From an uncultured Acinetobacter sp. (GTDB lineage: Bacteria > Cyanobacteriota > Vampirovibrionia > Gastranaerophilales > Gastranaerophilaceae): a DNA stretch of 44,323 nucleotides. Below, piece by piece: positions 37,403-44,323 of the stretch. Within the stretch, counting starts at the first letter, position 1. Every line of letters starts with the position of its first letter. Location: the NCBI GenBank assembly GCA_946623365.1, contig CAMORE010000001.1, forward strand, positions 1 through 44,323, read 5' to 3'. The notes beneath the pieces were generated by a model, which was not told the origin of the DNA, made no database searches, and worked only from the letters and a program-made list of their open reading frames with translations. Made by a program: the position numbers and the translations under genes.

Positions 37403-38714
37403 AGAAAAAAAAATAAAGAATAGGGTAAATAAAAAGAAAGAATTTATAAAAGAAATTATTGGATATACAAGAACTGCATTTATTTCATTTTTAGTAGGTG
37501 CTGTTTTTACTATATTATTATCGTTTCACGCCAGAAGTGAAATGATAAAAAATTTATATGAAAACAAGTCTGCTGCACATAACCTTGAACGTCAGGTTGC
37601 TCTTGAAATAGTATCTCATACAGATTTAACGGCATCATTGAACGATAAAAATTATGCTATTTGTATGCAGGTGGGGAGAATATATGAGGCTGCCGGCGAA
37701 TTAGAAAAAGCTGATTACGCATACCACTTGGCACAGTTAAAATCTCCAATCGGTGTATATACAGCTTTTTACAAACAGGCTGTAGTATTAATTGAGTTAG
37801 GCAAAATCAATCAAGCTGAAGAACTAATAGAATCCGTACCTGATGTTAATTCTGTAAATCTGATTAAATTTAAAACCAGAGCGTATATGGTACTGGGAGA
37901 TAAATATTTTTCTGAAAGTAAATTCCTAAAATCAGCTGATAGCTACGAAAAATCAGAATATTATTATTCAAGATTAAAAAAACAAGATAAATATGTACAA
38001 AAATCTATAATTAAGCGTTTAGTGAATGCATACGTTGAAGCAGCTGCCGTAATAGTAAAAAACGGGTATAATTCTGACGCGGTAAGATTCTTAAAACAAG
38101 CGCTCAAATATGAACCGGACAATTATTTGATAAAATACAGATTAGCTATTATTTATGCGGACTTAGATCCAATTGAATCAATAAAGTATTTTGAGCCATT
38201 ATTACAATCACATCCTCAGGAAATTGACTACAGAGTATATAACAGAGCTCTAATGAAAGCTGCTAATATAGAAGAACTTAAGGGAGATTTAACAAAAGCC
38301 AAGTATTACAGATATAAAAATCACTCACTTGATTTATTTTTAAACAATAAAGTTGTTTATAAAGATGATGTTGAAATTTTTATCGAAAATTTTGAAGTCA
38401 AAAAAAGATTCTTTAGATATCGCATAAAAATGCAGTTTATAATAAAAAATACATCACCGTCCGATATCGTAAAATTAAACGCAGAGTATGTATTGAAACA
38501 GCAAGATAAGCAGAAAGAATCCATAATTGTAAATATTGCAGACAGAAAGAATATGCTGTTCTCTAATGGTGGAGAATCTGACTCCTTTACAATTAATTTT
38601 GGAAAAAACATATATACAAAAAAAGAATTGGTTAATTATTCTATAGATGTGTATTTATATAAAGACCCAAAATACAAAACTCTTATAGGAACATATAAAA
38701 TTCCGATAAAGTAA
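37395..38714 (+). CDS. Membrane-anchored tetratricopeptide-repeat protein
   Basis: One N-terminal TM; TPR-like helices (AYMVLGDKY, FLKQALKYEPDN); overlaps mgtC by 8 nt. Confidence 0.7.
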   Translation: MIKEKKIKNRVNKKKEFIKEIIGYTRTAFISFLVGAVFTILLSFHARSEMIKNLYENKSAAHNLERQVALEIVSHTDLTASLNDKNYAICMQVGRIYEAAGELEKADYAYHLAQLKSPIGVYTAFYKQAVVLIELGKINQAEELIESVPDVNSVNLIKFKTRAYMVLGDKYFSESKFLKSADSYEKSEYYYSRLKKQDKYVQKSIIKRLVNAYVEAAAVIVKNGYNSDAVRFLKQALKYEPDNYLIKYRLAIIYADLDPIESIKYFEPLLQSHPQEIDYRVYNRALMKAANIEELKGDLTKAKYYRYKNHSLDLFLNNKVVYKDDVEIFIENFEVKKRFFRYRIKMQFIIKNTSPSDIVKLNAEYVLKQQDKQKESIIVNIADRKNMLFSNGGESDSFTINFGKNIYTKKELVNYSIDVYLYKDPKYKTLIGTYKIPIK

Positions 38715-38717
38715 AAA

Positions 38718-40340
38718 TTATTCCTCAAGTGTTTTTGGCTCTCCCCATTTATAAATTCTTTTGCCATAAACATATAAACCGCCTTCTAAAGCATTTGCAC
38801 GTATATGTTCACGACTTCCTATTATACGGAATCGTTCTCTTCGTTTTTTCTCACGTTCTGCTTCTAATTTTCTTTGAGAATTTAAAAATTCATCAAGGGT
38901 TGTTAATTTCTTGCTTTTTTCAGTCTGCTGTTTTAAACGAGCCAGTTCTGCTTGAATAGCTTCCATTTGAAGTTTTATAGGATCATCGTCTTTAGGGTTT
39001 CCGGATTGTGGATATCCTGGCATCATGCCGTTTTGTATCATCCCTTGCTGCGGTAGCGCATTTTGAGCTGCTATATCCGCATTTGCCTGACCTTGTGATT
39101 CAGTATCATGTCCTTGATTATTTGCAACTATATTGGGGTTAACGCCATAGAAACTATTATCAAAAGGCATAGCACCATTCATACCATACGAATTTGCTGC
39201 CACAAAGTTATTATACGGCTGATTGCCGAAATCTCCACCGAAATTTTGTTGAGCGGCCGGACGCATTACACTTCCGTTTGTTTCGAATCCTGCAGCTTCT
39301 ATTTTGATTGATTTTGCTATTATTGTGCACTTATTAACTTTTGTTATATCAGAAGGATCCCAATCATCACTACCCATAACTTCTTTTATCAATGCTTGTT
39401 CTTCTTCATCAAAAGAGTCATCAACCTGCATAATAGCATTTGATTCTTTTTTATCGATGTCGTCTTGCTGTTCTATACTTTGTTCCGAATCGTATAAATC
39501 ATCCTCTGCATTATGAGACTCGTTATCCTCTTCAGTACCAAGACTTTCTGCTGCTTCTCCTTCCGATTTCTCAACATCCCAATCCTCATCATCCTCATCT
39601 GTCATTACAGATTCTTTATGTTCGGTATAGTTGTCATTATATTCCTCTTCTTCGTCTGATTCTTCTTCCTCAAAATCGTCGTCCCAATCATCATCCGAAG
39701 TCTCTTCCTCTGGATTTTCTATTTCATTTTCAATATATTCTTCATCAAGTATTTCAAAATCGTCATCAAAATCTTCTGATGCCATTTTGGCTTCAAAAAA
39801 TTCTTCAGCAGCTTTTCCTTCTAAAATTATTTCATTGCCATTTTCGTCTTTTGTTGCAATTTTTTGAGGCAATTTTTGAACACTATTTTCATCACCTTGA
39901 GCTTTAGCTTTTAATTGAGCTTTAATTTTTTCTTTAGCTTTTTCTTTGGCTTTTGCTATAGCTTTTTCTTTAGCCTCAATTGCTTTCTTTCTTTTCTTTT
40001 CCTTAACCATTTCTTTAAATTCGTCAAGGCTGTTATAAACTTCATCTCCTACCGCTAATTTACAATCCGATAACTGAGGTTCGCCGTTTTTCATAGCAAA
40101 ACTCAAACTTGCATTCCCTTTTTGTTTTTTATTTTCAAATTCGATATCTATACTATCATTCACACAATTAAAATTGTTAATTTTAACTGCTTCATCGAGA
40201 GTTTCTACGTTATTTATTATTTGTATAAATTCGCGCATCACAGAAGGAGAAATAGTGCAGATTGCTCTAAACATAGCGTTTATTACAACACTATTACCCA
40301 GATATTCTCCGTTGATAGTGATACCATTTAATTTTCGCAT
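38718..40340 (-). CDS. Hypothetical protein with a K/A coiled coil, a long D/E tract and a G/N/Q/M/P-rich low-complexity region
   Basis: 540-aa ORF with an AGGA RBS, directly downstream of the FliD-like gene. Confidence 0.8.
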   Translation of the reverse strand: MRKLNGITINGEYLGNSVVINAMFRAICTISPSVMREFIQIINNVETLDEAVKINNFNCVNDSIDIEFENKKQKGNASLSFAMKNGEPQLSDCKLAVGDEVYNSLDEFKEMVKEKKRKKAIEAKEKAIAKAKEKAKEKIKAQLKAKAQGDENSVQKLPQKIATKDENGNEIILEGKAAEEFFEAKMASEDFDDDFEILDEEYIENEIENPEEETSDDDWDDDFEEEESDEEEEYNDNYTEHKESVMTDEDDEDWDVEKSEGEAAESLGTEEDNESHNAEDDLYDSEQSIEQQDDIDKKESNAIMQVDDSFDEEEQALIKEVMGSDDWDPSDITKVNKCTIIAKSIKIEAAGFETNGSVMRPAAQQNFGGDFGNQPYNNFVAANSYGMNGAMPFDNSFYGVNPNIVANNQGHDTESQGQANADIAAQNALPQQGMIQNGMMPGYPQSGNPKDDDPIKLQMEAIQAELARLKQQTEKSKKLTTLDEFLNSQRKLEAEREKKRRERFRIIGSREHIRANALEGGLYVYGKRIYKWGEPKTLEE

Positions 40341-40365
40341 GACATGTCCTATACCTGTACATATT

Positions 40366-40392
40366 ATTACGGCATAAAATACAAAAACTTTA
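40366..40392 (-). promoter_or_regulatory. Sigma-28 (FliA/SigD)-type promoter
   Basis: Minus strand TAAAGTTT-11 nt-GCCGTAAT versus consensus TAAAGTTT-N11-GCCGATAA; 25 nt upstream of ATG 40340. Confidence 0.65.
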
Positions 40393-40432
40393 ATTCGAAA
40401 ATATATAATCCATCAAAATATGTATTTTAGCA

Positions 40433-43400
40433 CTATGATTTAAGGAATGAACTGTATTGCTGCTGCATTTGTGCGATAAGCATATCCATTGATTTAAACT
40501 TAGCTTCTAATTGTTCTCTATATGATTCAAGAGCTCTGTTAGCTTTTGATATTTTTTGATTTAAGTTTGTGATTTGTGTATTGAATGATCTGTCCGCAGA
40601 ATCAAAATATCCTGTAACACTTGTTAAAGCACTTTCTACAACATTTTCCATTCTGTTAAATATACCTGTAGACGTATCAGTACCCACAAGCAGGTACTTC
40701 ATAGCATCCCAGTCATTTGCAAATTTACTTTTAAATGTATCTGCATCAAAAGTAAGATTTACAATTGCATCATTAGAAACAGATAAGTTGCTTCCGCTTG
40801 CAGCAGAAGTAGATATACCTACAGCGGAAAGATTTTTATAGAATGTTCCTGCTGATTCTGATGATGTCATAATGCTTCTAAGTTGATTTCTTATCATTTT
40901 GAGTGTTGTTTGATTGCTCAAATCACCGTCTTTTGCAATTGCTTCATCTACGTTGTTCATAAGTTCATTATATGCATTTACAACATCTGAAACAGCACTG
41001 GCAAGTTTTTCGGAATCTTTTGTTACAGTAAGTTTAACAACTTCACCTTCTGAAGCGGCTTTTAGATTTAGTGTAACTCCGCTTATTCTGGAGACATCCT
41101 CTTTTACAATATTGGAATTAGCGGAATAAGTTGTTCCGTTAATTGTGAACTTAGCATTCTGACCAAGAGTTTGGCTTACAACATTCAGATACTTGTTACC
41201 GTTTTCGACTCCGGTGTATCCCATAACATCAGTAAAGTTACTTGTACCCTTATCAATATTAATAAAGGAAGAGCCTGCCATATTTGATTCAATTTGAAGC
41301 TGACCGCTTACGCTGTCCCAATATGCGGTAGCTCCGGAATTTTCATTTGAATTGATTGCAGCTACTATATCATTCATTGTTGTAGTATTTGTTACAGAAA
41401 TTGTCGCATCACCTACTATAAATGTTCCTGTTGTAATGTTACCATTTCTGAACAGCCCTGCTGTTGTAAGTTTGGTTTCACCATTAACTACATATAATTC
41501 ACGAGAGCTTCTTACGGAACCGTCACCCCATTGTGTAGCACCTACTATTGAAGCAAAATTTGTGTTATCTGTTGCTGCGCCGAGGTTAACTGTTGCACCC
41601 GATGATGATTTTAGAACTAAATATCCTTCTTCATCAAAGGAGAACTGAACATCATTGCTGCCAAATGCTGTTTGAAGCTTTTGGTTAAGAGATCTGAATG
41701 TACAATCATTGTCTAAAGTAATAGAAGCTTTTTTACCATTTCTATATACAGATAATGTTCTTGTTGTGCCTTTTGATTCATCCAAACCGGTTGAGATATT
41801 AAGCATTGAAAGTTTAGTATCTAAATTTGCATATTTTGCAGCAGAAACAGTATGGTCTTCAATTGCTGTTGTTGTAGATTTAACCGTAACAGAACTTGAT
41901 GCATAACCGCCCAAATCGTTATTAAATGAAAGTTTTAATTTACTATTGTTATTTTTAAAGATATCAGATGTACCTGTAGAATTAATTGTCATATCTTTAT
42001 AGCCGCTTTGGATAACAATATTTCCGTCTGATATTGTAGCTTCAAGTCCAAGGGCTCTGAATTTACCAAGCAAATCACCTACCGTATCAGTACTGCTTAC
42101 AGAGATAACACTGTTTACACCGTCTACATTTACCGAAATTTGAGCTGTTGCATCAGAAGCAAGAGTCCAGCTTGACTTAATTGCACCGCCTTGAGTATAA
42201 TTTAAATCTCCTATTTTTGTAGTTTCTGTAGCACTGACGGTTGTTGTTTCTGTTCCTTCAACTTTATTTGTACTGTTGTATTGATTCATTTGAGTTGTGG
42301 AAGCGAACAATTTAGATACAATATTTGATTTTTCATTATTGTTTGTTGTATTTGAAGTTGCAACATAAGAATCTCCGTTACCTGTTGTTGTAAGGATAGC
42401 AGAAGTTCCTGATGCATCGCTTACAAGTCTGGATTCAATACCGAATGTTCTCAGAGTATCCATAACATCTCCGAGCGTATCTCCGGTTGAAACCATAGCT
42501 GTGTATCTTACACCGTTATTATAAATATAGTATTCACCGGTTGTAACACCAAGTTCATTTAATGTAGTTGCTCTTGTTGCAGATATAGTATTTGTAGTAA
42601 TTGTTGTAACATCTTCTATTTTACCTTCGTAGGAATCCGTAGTAATCCAGTTTGTCAGACCTAAAACAGAAAGAACATTTGAACCTCCGGATACTGATGA
42701 CAGTGTCGAATTACCTTCATTTTTAACTATCAATTGACCTTTATCATTTATAACTGCGTCAAAGCCGAATTGACCGATTATATCCATAAATGTTCCTACT
42801 GTGTCTTCGGAAGTTAGCGTTACATCTGTTTGAACACCGTCTTTAGTAATTGTGAATTTTCCTGCTGTATATGTTCCTTCAGCTATATTTGAAAGTTTAG
42901 TTTCTCTTGATATTGCTTCTATAACCGGAACAGGTTTTGTTAAGTTATTGGAATCATAAACTTTATTAAAATCCCAGTTAGAGAACAATCTGTTAACGAT
43001 GTTTGAATTTGGCGAACTTGCAAGAAGAGAAGTTTCCAAGTAAGAATCATTGTGACCGCTTACGGATATTGAACCGTCTTCAGAGATATCTGCAATCATG
43101 CCATAGAGTGCTAAATCTCCCATTAAGTCATTTACTGTAGTTTTTTTCGTTATAGAAAGAGTATTTCTTACTCCGTTATCATACAGATAGAAGCTTCCTT
43201 CAGTAATACCTAAATTGTTACCGTCAGAATCCTGCAAATCAACAAGTTTTGTTGACCCGTCAATTTTTGCCGTACGATCTGTGTCTTTAAGGTCCGCAGA
43301 GGTTTGTGTAACTTCTCCCAACGACCATTTTGTTAATCCGAGTTTCGTAAGAATATTAGAGCCGCCTGTAACATTTGCAAGATAGCTATTTCCTATACCT

Positions 43401-44323
43401 GTAATTTCAAGACGACCGCTTGAATCTATACTTGTTGTAAATCCGTATTGAGCAAGCAGGTTACAGAAATCATCTGCTGTTGTTCCGGAGAAGTTAACTG
43501 TATAGTGAACACCTTCCTGAACAATTTCGATATTGCCGTTTGTTACGCCGTAACTTGTTTTAAGATCAGTAGAACCCTGCATCTTATTAACTACCGTATG
43601 AGTTGATTTTACAAAACTTACGCCATTACCTGTTGCGAGTTTGAGAGTATTTTTTAAGTTATCTGACATTCCGAGAATAAAGGTATTTGTCGCACCTGTT
43701 AGTGAAATCTTACCATCGACGACTTGTCCTGAAACTCCATAACCGGCAAGTGTTGTTAGCATATCATCTATTGACATGCCCTTATTAATCGTTATTGTTT
43801 TTTCCGTTCCGTCTTGGACTACTGTCACTGTACCGTTTGCAGCGAGATGCAAGTTTTGATCGAGTTTTGTATCTGTCGTCATATCATGAGTCCAAGTTAC
43901 TGTTTGTTTGTCTGAAAGCGTATTATCTCCCAAAATCGTTGTTGTAACAGTAGTTGTATAATGACGAGAAAGTCCTATACCGGATACATTACCTGAACCG
44001 TTGTTCCAAGTGGATGCAAGGAATCCTGTTACAGATTCAAGCCATCCGTCTGAAGTTCCGACAGCAGTCAGAGAACCGTTATGAACTTCTGTTTCTATGC
44101 CGTATGCAGCGAGAGCTGTTTGTAAATCGCCGACTGTATTTGTAGACGTCATGGTAATCGTGTATAATTGTCCATCATATCTTACGCCTACAGTAGATGT
44201 TGCGGAAGTTTTTCCGTTTGGCAGGTTACCATTTGCGGAATTGAAACATCCTAACTCCCAGAAAGTTGTATCAGCATTAAGATTATTTGTAATCAACCGT
44301 TCTTTCTTTTCAGCTGATGTATT
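40433..44323 (-). CDS. fliD: Giant flagellar cap FliD-like protein, 5'-truncated by the window edge
   Basis: The last ~240 aa show FliD_C hallmarks (GQNAKFTING, GVTLNLK, VNAYNEL, LSAVGIST, L..KF..MD..IAQMQQQ). The frame stays open to base 44323, with at least 9 upstream repeats. Confidence 0.85.
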   Translation of the reverse strand, partial: NTSAEKKERLITNNLNADTTFWELGCFNSANGNLPNGKTSATSTVGVRYDGQLYTITMTSTNTVGDLQTALAAYGIETEVHNGSLTAVGTSDGWLESVTGFLASTWNNGSGNVSGIGLSRHYTTTVTTTILGDNTLSDKQTVTWTHDMTTDTKLDQNLHLAANGTVTVVQDGTEKTITINKGMSIDDMLTTLAGYGVSGQVVDGKISLTGATNTFILGMSDNLKNTLKLATGNGVSFVKSTHTVVNKMQGSTDLKTSYGVTNGNIEIVQEGVHYTVNFSGTTADDFCNLLAQYGFTTSIDSSGRLEITGIGNSYLANVTGGSNILTKLGLTKWSLGEVTQTSADLKDTDRTAKIDGSTKLVDLQDSDGNNLGITEGSFYLYDNGVRNTLSITKKTTVNDLMGDLALYGMIADISEDGSISVSGHNDSYLETSLLASSPNSNIVNRLFSNWDFNKVYDSNNLTKPVPVIEAISRETKLSNIAEGTYTAGKFTITKDGVQTDVTLTSEDTVGTFMDIIGQFGFDAVINDKGQLIVKNEGNSTLSSVSGGSNVLSVLGLTNWITTDSYEGKIEDVTTITTNTISATRATTLNELGVTTGEYYIYNNGVRYTAMVSTGDTLGDVMDTLRTFGIESRLVSDASGTSAILTTTGNGDSYVATSNTTNNNEKSNIVSKLFASTTQMNQYNSTNKVEGTETTTVSATETTKIGDLNYTQGGAIKSSWTLASDATAQISVNVDGVNSVISVSSTDTVGDLLGKFRALGLEATISDGNIVIQSGYKDMTINSTGTSDIFKNNNSKLKLSFNNDLGGYASSSVTVKSTTTAIEDHTVSAAKYANLDTKLSMLNISTGLDESKGTTRTLSVYRNGKKASITLDNDCTFRSLNQKLQTAFGSNDVQFSFDEEGYLVLKSSSGATVNLGAATDNTNFASIVGATQWGDGSVRSSRELYVVNGETKLTTAGLFRNGNITTGTFIVGDATISVTNTTTMNDIVAAINSNENSGATAYWDSVSGQLQIESNMAGSSFINIDKGTSNFTDVMGYTGVENGNKYLNVVSQTLGQNAKFTINGTTYSANSNIVKEDVSRISGVTLNLKAASEGEVVKLTVTKDSEKLASAVSDVVNAYNELMNNVDEAIAKDGDLSNQTTLKMIRNQLRSIMTSSESAGTFYKNLSAVGISTSAASGSNLSVSNDAIVNLTFDADTFKSKFANDWDAMKYLLVGTDTSTGIFNRMENVVESALTSVTGYFDSADRSFNTQITNLNQKISKANRALESYREQLEAKFKSMDMLIAQMQQQYSSFLKS

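Noticed and set aside
44294-44296. TTG at 44296 as the start codon of the FliD-like gene
   Set aside because: The frame continues without a stop to the window edge (NTSAEKKER-L) and there is no FliD N-terminal sequence here, so the real start is outside the window.

Overview
This is an AT-rich chromosomal segment of a diderm bacterium. From gene content and protein style I infer a non-photosynthetic cyanobacterial relative (Vampirovibrionia/Melainabacteria, probably Gastranaerophilales); there is no rRNA here to confirm that. Most genes are housekeeping or envelope genes: rfaE2-lpxD-lpxC-fabZ, lipA, an alanine/glycine symporter, a SpoIID/LytB protein, a PrsA-like PPIase, a GGDEF protein, panE, neuA, rdgB, leuS, an amidase, dnaX, ligA, a lipoate ligase, a dGTPase-like HD protein and mgtC. 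Many hypothetical genes are interspersed. I found no rRNA, tRNA, CRISPR array, transposase or prophage. The main signals are: (1) a giant FliD-like protein (>1296 aa, cut by the window edge, at least 9 internal repeats), followed by a near-consensus sigma-28 promoter in front of an acidic low-complexity protein; (2) proteins sharing an N-terminal polar leader that ends in an x-F-K-[S/G] motif; (3) a perfect 16-triad intrastrand triplex-forming element at 46-113; (4) a perfect HLR1 (RpaB-type) direct repeat upstream of the lipid A operon; (5) an A10 slippery run in dnaX; (6) a degenerate GGDEF domain with an intact I-site; (7) an unannotated 58-aa Cys-rich ORF; and (8) several families of intergenic palindromic and octamer repeats. 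All product calls come from motif recognition by eye; no database searches were run.
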